64,000 bases of DNA, taken from Octopus sinensis (taxonomy: Eukaryota). Position numbers and translations under genes: made by a program. The notes under the pieces are model-generated. The model saw only the letters and a program-made list of their open reading frames with translations, ran no database searches and had not been told where the DNA came from. The first letter of the stretch is position 1. Each line of letters begins with the position of its first letter. This document shows, piece by piece, positions 51,079 to 64,000 of this stretch. Location of the stretch: positions 116,560,001 to 116,624,000 of the forward strand of contig NC_043001.1 in NCBI RefSeq assembly GCF_006345805.1. Direction: 5' to 3'.

Positions 51079-52195
51079 ATACATATACATATGAGTGCAT
51101 ATACTCACACTCCAATACATCTAAAAATATACATATACATAATAATGTAAATAAATAATATAAATTAGTAAACATATATATGTTCCACATTCAATGTTTC
51201 AGTTCTTCAACTTAATATTGTGATAATAAACATACACATATTAGTACCTAGATGCAAATATACATAGTCAATAGTACATTATATTACTTCCTACTAATTT
51301 CCAAAGTGTCATTAAAGTTAGCATCATTATCGTTGTCAATACCATTAATGCTACCATTATTATCATTCATAATATTATTAATAACGCTTACATTAGGATC
51401 CGAAGTGGCACATATGTATGTCCGGGTTCCAGTTAGTAATTTTCCTTATGACATAAATACACTATTGGATTTGAATTTAAATTATCATTGTCTTCCTCAT
51501 GGTTGGTCCGTTGAGAGCCGCCCGATCTCCCCCACACCGCACAAGAAAAACATCCACATCCACATCCAACCCTAAACCCACACGTCCACATAAAAACCCA
51601 CACACACATGCACACACACATGAATACACCCCGACACATCCCTACACATTCACTAGATTGCAGAGTGCATGTCTGTCATCGCATGGCTTATAGACAAATC
51701 AGTACAGGCAGCAGTGTCTATACACTAACACACACACTCACACGCACATCCGCATATACTCATAAATATTAATACACTCTCATATACTGTATCAGGGAAC
51801 ATTCGCACACACATATATACATATTTAAATATATGTCTGCGCACTCATACGTACAAATAAAACCTATACTTATATCCACCCATGAATAAATATTTGCATA
51901 TACATATATACATATCCAAATACGCACCTGCGTACTCATATTTATAAGAAAAACATACATCCGTACATCCACACACGAACATACCTATACGTACAAAAAC
52001 ATACATACGTACACATACACATTTTCACACACCTCGACACCTCAACCCACATCCACTAAATCATAAATTAAAATATATGTCTGCCCATCCAAAGACGTAT
52101 ATATACATACACAAAAAGTAAACAGAAGTCACTATTAACTTCATTCGTCGTTCTGTTACAATTGCATGCAGAGGCCTTATTCTTGTTGCTTGGCT

Positions 52196-52460
52196 TTATT
52201 TGTCACTTTGTCTCGATAAGTGATTCTTAGGATCTCTCTGAGGCTGATGAAATACGTCGAGTTGGTGGGCGATTTTTGCTGTCATCTTCCAGGTCTCAGC
52301 TGCATAGATCGCTATTGGCAGTATTGTTGTTTTGTATAGACGAATCTTCAGCTCTATACTTATGTTATTGCTACACCAAAGTGTTGTCAGTCTTCTAAAT
52401 ACTGCCGCTGCCTTGTCAATTCTGCTGCTCACATCCATCTCGGCATCGCTGTTTTGCTTG
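52196..52460 (-). mobile_element. RTE-clade LINE fragment (second family)
   Basis: DVSSRIDKAAAVFRRL..LW...LKIRLYKTTILPIAIYAAETW...LDVFHQ. Confidence 0.85.
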
Positions 52461-52617
52461 TCACAATGCTTCCCAGATATGTGAGGTATGTGCATAAAGA
52501 AGGTCATGTATATGTGGCGGTGCAAAGAGGATATAGGCTGTTATATAATGCAGTGTATATAGTGTCCTCTGTGTGAGGGTCATCTCTGTGGAGCTGTGTA
52601 TATAGGATCATCTAGAT

Positions 52618-52925
52618 CAAGGGTTTATCTATGGACCCATTGATTATTATTTTATTCTGGCGGACCCCCATACCATTCGATGTTTAAAAGTTTTATAGAA
52701 ACTTCTTTCAAAATTTCTATTCTTTGTTTCAAACACTAACTTGTATAGGTTGAATTATGTAAAATGTTAGAAAAAGAAACCTGTTTCTTGTAATACATAC
52801 CAATACATACATCTAAAATAAAATTCTTCAGAGTCCTTTAAAATACTATTGTGAATCCCCAATTTACTACTTGTTAAGTGGACCCCCACCCCAAATCTTA
52901 TATTGACCCCTGTTGAGAACCACTG
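52618..52925. mobile_element. hAT-Charlie-like MITE
   Basis: End gttgagaaccactg; 8-bp TSD a(t/a)ctagat matching the Charlie NTCTAGAN preference. Confidence 0.75.
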
Positions 52926-53427
52926 AACTAGATGGAATTGAGAAATATTGAGGATTACTAAAATATTCCATATATTCTTTATCTGAATCCATTACAAGGA
53001 GATACACGTGAACACTGATTGGATGTGCGATTGGACTACCACCTCTTTGGCTCCTTGGTTCTGAGTTCAAACTAACTAAAGGCGTTTTGGTGTGCATTTT
53101 TGTAGAGCCTTGTGACTTTACTGTAGACCAGGATTTACTTTTTATCAAAATAAAACTGGTCGAGAACAAGAGTTTTCTCAGGTCACGAGTAAATGATCAG
53201 TGGTTCATATCGCAACAACATTCATGCGATGTGTCCATAGCTAAGCGGCTAAACTGCCACTAGCATGAGTAGCCTCAGTAAAAAGAGAGAGAGAATAAAG
53301 TAGAGTTATTCAATAATTGTTGTACGTCTTGTTTGTCTGCTGTACAATTTTGATACTCCAGCTGATATCGTGTGTTGAGAAAATACCGTAGTGTAAGCCA
53401 AGCTCAGGGCCAGAGTCCATCACTTAC

Positions 53428-53489
53428 CTCGGTCAGCCTTAATAGTTTCAGGCTCTGGTTCTCATTACTGGCAGTGTTTGATGGTTGGT
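53428..53489 (-). CDS. Candidate 62-nt exon (DQPSNTASNENQSLKLLRLTE)
   Basis: ttgttgcag| acceptor, GAG|gtaagt donor, phase 1-0. Confidence 0.45.
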
Positions 53490-54132
53490 CTGCAACAATT
53501 AATCATATTAAATAAATCGCAGACAGACATCACTAAGTGAATATTGTGTGAAAGTAGAGGGAAATCGTCGACAATATGGTCTTAATAGATAGTGGAATGA
53601 GAGAACTGGTAGAATGCCAGACAAAATGCAATAAGTTACAGCTACTCATTGATAACCACTATTTTGATAAACACGGTTTTAATTACTGCCAAAGCTAATT
53701 ATTCCTTAATTTATACCATAAAAAATGTTATTACCGTATTTCAAAAATTATGTGTAAGCATCTGTGAACGAACATCTGAGCCAAGTATCGTGTCGAATCT
53801 TCACTGCAGAACCTGTTTCTCTACCAGTCACCAGATGTATTATGACCACGTTACACGTTTGTTTACAAATTTACAACGTGCCTTTGACATAAAAATTTTA
53901 CCCCTCCATGTTTCTCCCACAAATCATAAAAAAATTATACCATTGCAGAAAATAGTTAAAAGAGAGAAAAGATATTACTTTAGATATGATAACCGAAATT
54001 ATTATATAGTTTGACCGAAGCTGAACAAAGCCAAAATCAGAAAAGGGTACGTCATAATGCTATTATTTCCTGTATTCATTCACTTCACCCAAATCAAGTT
54101 AAAGCAACATCGATATCATTATAGATTCAATG

Positions 54133-54615
54133 GGATCTTTTCTGTTTGGTTGCCAGCGGCTCCAAAAATTTAAGTTTACCGAAAATTAAATAATTTGGCA
54201 CAATAATACACCTGTTTTCAATGTTTCCATAGAAGAAGCGAAGTTACTGAAGCTTGCTGCCATAATTACATAGATCACAGCGTCAAATTTGTTAACACGT
54301 GCTTTCTCGCAGATAAAGGACTTTTCAAAGACTGCTCGGATTCGCTTGTTACTATGGCATTAGGCACTTTGAGAGACAAAAGAGTTCTCATGTTCCGCTT
54401 CTTACTATAGAAACAGCCATGAATATGTCTGATGCTTATGATTAGCTAAAATTACCAAAATTTTCGAACTTCAATTACTAATAACTCTTTATCTATTGAT
54501 TTATAGCGAAAATTACTTTCACGTCATTAATTAGCCTATAAAAGTGTATCATTATATTGAGTATGAAATCAATTTGAACTGAAAATTGATGCTGGCAACC
54601 AAACAGAAGAGATTC
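54133..54615. mobile_element. Second GGATC-TIR MITE family
   Basis: TIR ggatcttttctgtttggttgccagc / gctggcaaccaaacagaagagattc; 8-bp TSD at(t/g)caatg. Confidence 0.85.
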
Positions 54616-55579
54616 ATGCAATGTACTAAGAACTGAAGTTCGATATTGATAGAGAATCTATTAATATTTTAGTTAGAAGACTGCAAACAGTGTTTATTTA
54701 TTGAGCGAAGGGTCCAGTTATTATTTTTTAAAGAGCTGCAACAATCAGTCTTTACTAATTGGCATTAAATTACTTATTGACATACTCCAGCCTCTTGCCG
54801 AGAAATTTTCTGCCACTTTATCGTGACTATAATAGCTTCTGTTCGTTAAATTTGGCTTGTCTCGTAACTCCTCCATTCATGTGCCCCCAACCACTCGTCT
54901 CTCCACCCTCTAGTCACCCTTATAGCGTCTACCCATCCAACTCTGTATTGACTACTATATTCAGTTCTTCACCAGATCATCGGCCCCTCTAGAATTTTCT
55001 CCCATTTTATACCTTTCCCACTGGTGTCGACCTGCAACAATTTAAACGTAACATTAACAGCAATAAGCTCATTCGTCTCGGAAGGCTTGAACAGTCATGG
55101 ACACTAAAGACCCTTCCTAAGCTCTGTAAGAAAAAGACACACAACGACAATCACAAAAATATACTGATCCCTAAAGTCATGTTTGAGTTACGTCGCATTT
55201 TTCATTGAAAAGTTGAAAGTGTTACGAGAAAAATAATTTAGCTTTCGAATTCCTTTTGATTCTTGATAATGACCATGGACATCCTAAACTCAATGATTAT
55301 TGTGTGGATTGTACTTTTTATCACTAAATATGACATCGTGTTAGAAGTGCAATATTCATGGCCCATTATATTCGCAAAATATCCTCACAGGCGATTAAAG
55401 TTACGACTGGGGAAGATGCCGTTACTTTTCAAGAATGAGAAATTTAAAATTTCAAACAAGCAGGTGAAAATATTTACGAATCGTGGGAAAAAAAAGTGAC
55501 AACCTGCAGCAAGAGAACAGAATCTTTTTGCCTGGATGAGCTTATGATTTTAGAGTAGTTTCAAAACTCTACTAAACGA

Positions 55580-55950
55580 AAAGACCTTGGCTCCGAGGAT
55601 ATTGATCCGGGAAGTGTTCATGAATTATTGGTTTTGCGTTCAAAAGACGTAAGTGACGATGATTTCATGGAACCAAGCATCAAAAGGAACAGAATGAAGA
55701 AGGATGTTAGAAAAAGAAATAAATAGAAAACGGAAAATATTTCAAAGGAAAAAGCAGTGAAAGAATTTGATGACTTTTTTTTCAGGCTATAGTGTCGACT
55801 AAACAGCGTTTAATGGGTATGGATCAGAATATCGACTGAAACGAGCGTTCGTTGAGGTTTAGATTATATTACAACAAAGAATTAACAATCAGGGATGCTT
55901 TTAAGTGGACAAGAAAGCATTTTTATGCTGATATTAAAACAGTCTTCGGT
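55580..55950 (+). mobile_element. Decayed pogo/Tigger transposase C-terminal remnant
   Basis: DLGSEDIDPGSVHELL..SKDVSDDDFME and later MDQNID resemble Tigger C-termini; stops and frameshifts. Confidence 0.35.
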
Positions 55951-56442
55951 TTTCAGTGACATATATAGCGTTTAAGGTTAAACTAATTATATTTGAAATA
56001 TTTTATATTTTTTTTTAAATTTCCGCTTAAGGAATTTGGAAATTAAAAATAACGAAGACTTTTGACGAAAATGATTGAAATAAAACTTATTAAAAATTTC
56101 TTTAACATTCGTTTTAAATGTTTTTTTCATTTACTTGTATTACTGCCCAGTTGATTATACTGGTCAACAAAATACAAGTTTTTACGCTACTTTGAAAGTA
56201 AGACCGATTAACGGTTATTTCGGGGGCATTGATTTCAAATATATCAATTTTACCCCCACCACCTCTAGTTTCAGAGATAAAACATACTTCTTTATATATT
56301 GATGAATCCACTTTTAATAATGGAAAGCAAGGTTTACGATATCGGAGGAATATCATCTCCTTCCATCATTCTTCTTGTTCTCTATGTAGTTCAGGCTTCC
56401 GGCAGGAGAAGAGAAAAGACTTCAAGCACAAATACTATTTAC

Positions 56443-56476
56443 CGGAAAGGTGAAGTGTGCTGCTCTCAGCTACCAT
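56443..56476 (-). CDS. Candidate first coding segment (MVAESSTLHLS)
   Basis: aagATGG context, CCG|gtaaat donor, phase 1 matches the exon at 53428-53489. Confidence 0.3.
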
Positions 56477-56577
56477 CTTACGCTCCGATAGTATGGGTGC
56501 ATTGCCTCGGGAGATAGACAGGCAGAAAACCTCAGCCAGTGGTGGTGATCAGACAGTGCTGCTGTGTTGAGGCGCCG

Positions 56578-56720
56578 AAGAAAAGAAATTTGAAGAGGGT
56601 TTTCCTTTTATATAGTTTTCTCCATCGCGAGCCTCGTTGTGATCTCGCGCATGGCAAATGGATGCAGGTGAGGTCTCGCTCCAGTCTCGGAGATGGCAAT
56701 GGCTGCCGCGAGATCTCTTC
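56578..56720 (-). promoter_or_regulatory. TATA box plus TCT/5'TOP-like initiator
   Basis: CTATATAAAAG at 56615-56605; TTTCTTTTCTT with C at 56585, 29 nt downstream; upstream tctcgcg/cgcgaga motifs in CpG-rich sequence. Confidence 0.55.
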
Positions 56721-57558
56721 CAATATGGCACTGACTGCTTGTGCTGCTACACACTTATACGCTAAAATTAGTGACCTCAGTTGCACTTTACATTTTGGCG
56801 CCTTAGAAGTTAGACCTAACTTTTGGATATATTTGAAACACCGAGTTCAAAAATGACATGTTTTGCTATATCAACTCTCATTGGTATGTTATTTTGATAG
56901 AAAAATAGTACCATTAATGCTATTAATATATCATATGCTATTAAGACAACCAACTAAATGTTACTAAGCCAGTTTATTTCAGTACAAAGATTTAGATTGC
57001 ACTTCATTCGAATTTATAGTAATTGCGACTCGCATAAAACATATAAAAGGACCATTCGTTCAACACATAAGATTCTTTTATAAGACTTTCTAAAATGGGA
57101 TTCACTTAGGAAGTCGTACTGAAGGTCCCAGCAGTAATGTACCATCATGTACGCATCTCACTTTCTCTCTTCCATTACCTATGTATCTAATTTAATGAAA
57201 ATTTCGCCCTTGAAAGCAGTTTTAATGAGTGCAGAGATAATGAACCGTCATGCTCATGTTACAGCCAAGTTTATTAAAATTGGAGAGCATATACTAATTC
57301 AAAGTAGTCGGGTACTTAACGGATGCTAAAAAAAACTTTTATAAACTAGAACTAACGAAGATCATGCACAGGAATCAATGTTGTTCACTAAAACTATGAA
57401 ATTTGAATCTTTTATAAGTTCTTATTTGAGGACCATAAAATCAATGTTTTAATTTTTTCCAGGATAGGAAATTTACCGTATTAAGGACCAAAGCGTTTAA
57501 CCTTTCTGCTGAAATAAACTGATTTATTGATTTGTGATTGTTTCAATAGCAGGAAATA

Positions 57559-57782
57559 TTGGTTTGTCCGGAAAGTTCGTGCCGATTTATAGTAGCTTAC
57601 CTTTCGACATACCCTCCCAGATACCTCAATTCTGGGAAGAGGGTATTTTCAAGTTAAAGGAAAGATGGAGACGCATTGTGCAACAAAATGGTTCATATTT
57701 GGTTGATTAAAAATGTAACGGCAAGTATTTATTGACCTTTTCTTTCCTTTAAAAATCGGCACGAACTTTCCGGACAACATAA
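57559..57782 (+). mobile_element. Internally deleted mariner element
   Basis: TIR ttgtccggaaagttcgtgccgattt, TA TSD, transposase C-terminus FWEEGIFKLKERWRRIVQQNGSY. Confidence 0.9.
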
Positions 57783-57887
57783 TATATTAATAGTATTAAT
57801 ATTATTATTGTATTAAAAAAAATTAGCACGTAAAAACTGACGCCAGTTTTGGAATCAAATATATCCAAGACCAGCTCTAACTTTTAA

Positions 57888-58100
57888 CCCCTTAACTTTC
57901 AGATTACTCTGTCAAGTGTAATATTTATTTGTTCACATTGTTTTCAGTTAATCATGTATTAACTTGGAGATTTCAATGATGTGATTGTTTAGTTTTAGAA
58001 TAACATTGTAGAGTAGACACGAGAGGCCAAATCTGCCCAGTTTGAACATAAAACAGGTAGACTATTTGGGTCAAATATGGCCGGTTTGAATGCTAAAAGG
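57888..58100. mobile_element. piggyBac-like MITE
   Basis: TTAA on both sides, termini cccctt / aaaagg. Confidence 0.7.
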
Positions 58101-58243
58101 TTAATGTATCAAAACCTAAGGTCCAACGAGAGGTCACTCATTTCAGCGTACGAGAGGCTAAGCCAAGATGTAAAGCTACATACTTATCTTCAAAACTAGA
58201 GATGATAGAACAAAACTGATGTGGTATTTACAATCAGCAAACC

Positions 58244-58455
58244 GGCGCGCTGGCAGAATCATTAGCACGCCGGACAAAAGGCTCAACGGCATTTCGTCCG
58301 CCTTTACATTCTAAATTCAGATTCCGCCGAGGTCGATTTTGTTTTTCATCCTTTCGGGGTCAATAAAATATGTACCAGTTAAGCATTGAGATCGATATAA
58401 TAGACTTACCTCTTTCCCAAAATTGCTGGCCTTGTGCCCATATTTGAAACCAATA
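58244..58455 (+). mobile_element. SINE family B-related (alternative tail)
   Basis: gctggcagaatcattagcacgccgg...ggccttgtgcccatatttgaaacc. Confidence 0.8.
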
Positions 58456-58593
58456 TTTATAATGAGAGTCCAAATATTATCAAGAACAGGTCAACTTCTA
58501 AGGCACCAAAAGTAGGTGACCAGTATCATTGTAATCAGCTACTATTTAATGGCGATAATTAAAAAAAATTGAACATGTTATAGTACAAAAACA

Positions 58594-59005
58594 GGATCTT
58601 TTCAGTTTGAACGGCAGTTTTTAACATAATTTCTAGGTAGCTAAAAAAATTTAAACTTCGTATACTGGTAGAATGTGTTTATAAAACATCTTTTTCTCTT
58701 GGCTTTATTGAGAAAATTCTATAGTTTGTAAGATATTTGCTGGGTTTTTTTTTTCAATTTCTGCAATTTCAACCAATCAATGACGTCCATTGAGTTAAAA
58801 AACATTCTGTGCTGTATGAATATGTCCCTCGTTTAAGAAACAGATTGGGTTTATTTACATTTGTGAAGAAAAAAAGATACCCTTCCCCCCACCCCTAACC
58901 CTAAAACAGATTGAAATGCAATAGATCGATACTGGGGTCATAATTATGGGTGACAATTTCATATGACACCGCTAGAAAAAACTGCCGTTCAAACCGAAAA
59001 GATCC
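58594..59005 (+). mobile_element. GGATC-TIR MITE, full length
   Basis: TIRs as at 46887-47287; 8-bp TSD caaaa(a/g)ca. Confidence 0.88.
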
Positions 59006-59138
59006 CAAAAGCATTGATGTGGTAGGCATTAACCAATGTGATTTTCTGGTTCAGGGCCTCGAAATGAGTTTAAAAAAAAAAAACTCACTCCCAGATCTAA
59101 GCCAGCAAAAATTGTTTTGCCCAGGGTCGTCGTATGTA

Positions 59139-59352
59139 CAGTAATTTCTCGCCATATCGCGGTTCACTTATCGCGGTTTATTATTTAAGCTTACTTCGAT
59201 TCCTCCGTGGGGCTGTTTTACATTTATAAAGAAATAAATACATACAAATTATGAAAATTTTTTTAAATACAGTACAGTACTGTTTCTACTTCACGGGTTT
59301 TCACCTATCGCGGGGGTGGAACGTAACACCCGCGATAGTCGATGGATCACTG
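59139..59352. mobile_element. Tigger/MER2-like MITE
   Basis: TA|cagtaatttctcgccatatcgcgg ... ccgcgatagtcgatggatcactg|TA. Confidence 0.8.
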
Positions 59353-59893
59353 TATTTGAAAATTTGAAAATTATCAATTCAAAAATTTGCTCAATGTTTC
59401 TAAATTTGTGGTGGATACTATAAAGAGTAGTTGAGATAGAGCAGTACTTAATTTTTTAATTAGCTGTCCTGTATTTCCATTCCATTTAAAAAAAAAAATT
59501 TTTTTTTACCTTTTAAGCAAGGATTTGAAATTCATTTTATATCAGAAAAAAATCTAGCTAGATTATCTCGATCAACGGTAAGAACGAAAACAATCAGAAT
59601 ACTAAAGCTAATTTGCCGCAGATATGTTGTTTAGACTCCATATCAACATAGATCAAACACATCTTTGGCCAAAGGCGTTCCAGCTATGACCATCGCGTAT
59701 TTTTTATTCAGTTACGCTGCATTAAGGACTGCATTATCCAAAGTATTCTTTTTTAAGGCGGTAGGCTGTAATTTGAGAGAGAACTGACAATTGTTACAGC
59801 TGGATTAAACGACCACATAGTCTCTGCCTCGTCACATGAGATCGTAGGCTAAACATTTACCGCTGCTCTGTTTTTTTTTCTTTTACAGCTACA

Positions 59894-59937
<44 letters not shown>

Positions 59938-61878
59938 GACTCTTCGCATACAAATATAGAAAACGGACACATATACAAATATTCACCGACATGCATACAT
60001 ATGAATAACAGATTCCCCAGAGCTCACAAGTACACACACACAGCAAGATAGTGCATGCACTCTCAAATACATACACATTTATGCATGCAAACTGTATATA
60101 AACTTGATACACATTCATAAACAAACGATCTACCATACATACATTAAAACCCATACACTCACAAAATACTACATAAATTCTCACATCACACACACACACA
60201 GAGGCCTAAATATATACATTAATTCATTCAGAATGTCACATATCACACAACCACATATACAGGTATTAAATAACACATGTAAAGATCTCAGGTAAGACTC
60301 AACAATATAGCAAGAAAAAAAAAATGCGGTGGAATACTTTTGACTGCCAGAAGTAATGTTTTATACATTTAGGGAGCATCTGTAGCAATTTATTTTTTAG
60401 TTGGGAAGTATTTTCTGATGGAATTAGATGAAGAGGATGTTGGGTTTTTTTTTTCTTTTAAACACTTTAATTATTGTTTATAGCAAACTGACAGTTTCAT
60501 ATGTTTTTAACGAGAAACAAATGTGTTGATATTGTGAGTGAATATACATCTTCGTTATCTTCACCTGCCAGTAACTTCGCTAATACCGACGTCTTCCGAG
60601 ATAGTGCATTGTAACATGCAAGTGGACCCTTTATAAGCATACAAAATCACGCGCATAGATTTATGCATACACACACACACCCTATATATGTGTATATATA
60701 TATATTATATATAATCATACGTACGTATGTACTTAAGGAATGAATTCCTACGAAAGGGAATAGTATTGAAGGAAGGTTCTTTAAAATTTCCCAAAGCACC
60801 AGGCTCAGATCGTGTATCGTGATATTGGTACAAGTATTTCATCTCTTTCTTAAGAGATTAGTTTCTGAAGTGTGAAATAAGGACTTTCTAGCCTCACTCC
60901 ACACATGATTCATCAAATGTCCTTTTTCACACCATCATCCTTCTTTCTCTATCGGCAGTCATACCAGTAACACCATCTTCCTCTACTTTCCGTTGAAGAT
61001 TTCAGGACGTTAGACTTTCCATCCTCCATTGTAATCGAGCTTTTCGATATTCTAGAAATTCTTTGCGTTTCTTTAGGTCAATTATTGCTGACCCGCCCCC
61101 TCATTTTCTTCGGATTCCAAACGTTATATTGTATGCGCAACATCTGAAGGTTGGCAAAATGAATCGGAGAAAAACAGCGAAAGAAAACCTGCATCAGCTG
61201 AGCTGGGCTGCAGTTCAAGAGTCAAAACATATATGAAAATGTATCGCGTGGTTGGTTGACCAAAACATTGCGATAAACCAAATTCCAGAAGATTTGGTAA
61301 TTACACTTCACCAACACAGAGTACATCAAATTCTTCACGGAAGATGAACACCTTCTTTGAGATGCGTTACATAAAAAGATATACTACAATTTAAAAATTG
61401 TCGATACAGATTTTTATCTTCTTGCTTGATCAACTGTCATGCTTACTAAAGAAACAACTAGCCTACTTACAGCTTTACACAGTTCATATATCAAGATCTT
61501 TACACAAACTATATAACAAACCTACACATCTTTATATTAACCTACAATACCTTTACATAAACTACATAAACTTCCAATACCATTATAAAATCCATACAAC
61601 AAACATACAATATCTCTATTGTATTTATTATGGAGAGAAAGAAGAAATTAATAGCATAATACAACCAAAGCGTGAAAACTACAAATATTTCGAGCACTAT
61701 AACAATGTTCAATCGAATGGTCTCGTTAACACAGAGTTAAGAGCCACTGATGCTGAAGTTCCATTGTTGGGTTATTTGTTGTGATGGTTTTAATGACAGA
61801 CTTCTACATACGGAACATACAATTACGTGACAATGATCAAGGATGCTAAATGTGCTTTATTATAAAGTTGAAAGGAAA

Positions 61879-62108
61879 GGCGGCGAGCTTGGCAGAATCG
61901 TTAGCACGCCGGGCGAAATGCTTAGCAGTATTTCGTCTGCCGCTACGTTCTGAGTTCAAATTCCGCCGAGGTCGACTTTGCCTTTCAACCCTTCGGGGAT
62001 CGATTAAATAAATACAAGTTACGCACTGGGGTCAATATAATCGACTTAATCCGTTTGTCTGTCCTTGTTTGTCCCCTTTGCGTGTAGCCCCTTGTGGGCA
62101 ATGAAGAA
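61879..62108 (+). mobile_element. SINE family B, full length
   Basis: Near-identical to 45847-46078; TSD gaaaggaaa. Confidence 0.9.
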
Positions 62109-62814
62109 AGGAAAAGCTGCAACGTTTTGCTCATTTCCGAGATGATAGCAAGATACATGAAACAAAATGGTTTCGAAATGGAAGCGAAAATGAACCCGAG
62201 ACTCAGTTCGCTGAAAATGATACGAATAGGGAATGCGAAAGATCTCGGGTAAAAGTACCTATGAGAAACATTCAAATTAAGAACATGAATCAAGGCTATC
62301 TAAATAGCAGACAGTTCGAAATCATCATTGATGCTGCCTACTCCACAAGAGTTGACAGCAGAGTTCGTATTTATATTTTCTCAGTTTCTGAAAAGTGCTA
62401 CGCCCAAAGAGTAGACTGGCTTCTCCAGAACCGATATTATCGGTATTTCATATTAGTGCCAAGAGCAAGGTTTCAGACCATAGCATGATTTTCCCCCAAT
62501 CCCAACTCTAGTCAATAAACGGAAGATTGCCCCCAAACATCAAGACATATACATTAACCCTGAACACTTCTATTACATTTTTCCTCTTCCACTCATAAAG
62601 AACACAGGCACATGGGAGTAGCTGCTGCCAAACCTTCGTCACTAGCCAGTCACTCCATGCTCGGTAACACATCAATACCAATTCCAGCGAATGGTATTAA
62701 GAACTACCACGCTCCCATCATATCCACATCGCTCGCCGCCGATGTGGATATCTCCAGAATCTACAAATATGTAGATTAGACAATGTAGAAAGAATTATAT
62801 TGCCAATATATATA

Positions 62815-63025
62815 CTTTTACTTTACTTTTTTTCTTGTTTCAGTCATTTGACTGCGGCCATGCTGGAGCACCGCCTTTAGTCGAGCAAATCGACCCCGGG
62901 ACTTATTCTTTGTAAGCCCAGTACTTATTCTATTGGTCTCTTTTGCCGAACTGCTAAGTGACGGGGACGTAAACACACCAGCATCGGTTGTCAAGCAATG
63001 CTAGGGGACAAACACAGACACACAA

Positions 63026-63077
<52 letters not shown>

Positions 63078-63247
63078 CATATATACGACAGGCTTCTTTC
63101 AGTTTCCGTCTACCAAATCCACTCACAAGGCATTGGTCGGCCCGGGCTATAGCAGAAGACACTTGCCCAAGATGCCACGCAGTGGGACTGAATCCGGAAC
63201 CATGTGGTTGGTAAGCAAGCTACTTACCACACAGCCACTCCTGCGCC

Positions 63248-63249
<2 letters not shown>
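62815..63249 (-). mobile_element. SINE family A, young full-length copy
   Basis: tRNA-like head, central (TA)/(TG) tract, (gtaaa)n tail. Confidence 0.9.
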
Positions 63250-63319
<70 letters not shown>

Positions 63320-63607
63320 ATAATTTCTAAGTTTGTATTGACCACCAGCAGTAATTTTCTTAATCTCTCAAATATTTTTTTTTTAAATATGGTGACATAA
63401 AAAATGTACGAAAGCGCCCATAAGTATATAAAACTAAAATCAAGTTACCCTCACCTGCCAGCGTAGTACGACGTCACATATTCTGGCTCCATCTACATTA
63501 TCTAGAGACATTGTATCTGGGCATCTGGGCAATACAAAAATCTTTAGAAATAGTTTGTGCAACGGGGTTGCATAACACTATGCACAAATATATGGGGGTT
63601 ATCGAAT

Positions 63608-63976
63608 AGGCGCGGTAAGAAGTTTGCTTCCCAACCACATGCTGCCGGGTTCAGTCCCACTACGTGGCACCTTGGCAAGTGTCTTACTATAGCTTCATGC
63701 CGACCAAAGCCTTGTGACTGGATTTGGTAGACAGAAATTGAATGAAGCCTCTCTGTATGTGGGAAGGGTGTGTGTGTTCTCCACCCCATCCCACCCCATC
63801 CCCGTCGCTTGACAACGGATGTTGGTGTTTACGTCTCTGTAACTTAGCAGTTCGGCAAAAGTGAGCGATAGAGCAAGTACTAGGCTTACAAAGAATAAGT
63901 CCTGTTGTCGATTTCTTCAACTAAAAAGTTTTTTAAGGCGATGCTCCAGCATGGCCGCAGTCAAGGAATAAAAGAA
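63608..63976 (+). mobile_element. SINE family A
   Basis: Inverted relative to 62815-63249. Confidence 0.85.
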
Positions 63977-64000
63977 TGTGTGTGTGTGTGTGTGTGTGTG

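Overview
AT-rich, repeat-dense eukaryotic DNA. The SINE families, RTE tails and microsatellites point to a coleoid cephalopod, most likely Octopus (inference from repeat content). No long host ORF is present, and most tracked ORFs are translations of microsatellites or SINEs. The window holds several tRNA-derived SINE families, LINE fragments (RTE, CR1-like, Tx1/L1, R4/Dong), Penelope-like inverted fragments, a solo LTR with a 4-bp TSD, a Helitron end, and MITEs of the hAT, Tc1/mariner, pogo/Tigger, piggyBac-like and 8-bp-TSD GGATC types. On the minus strand there are two promoter-like regions (TATA plus TCT initiator at about 56.6 kb; CpG-rich NRF1/ETS/YY1 at about 47.9 kb) and several short exon candidates. 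The left ~41 kb looks CpG-depleted by eye, as expected of a methylated gene body. The most notable item is a palindromic tRNA-headed element carrying a Penelope-type minimal hammerhead ribozyme at about 40.0-40.4 kb. SINE labels A, B, C and E are my own working names, and ends of degenerate repeats are approximate.
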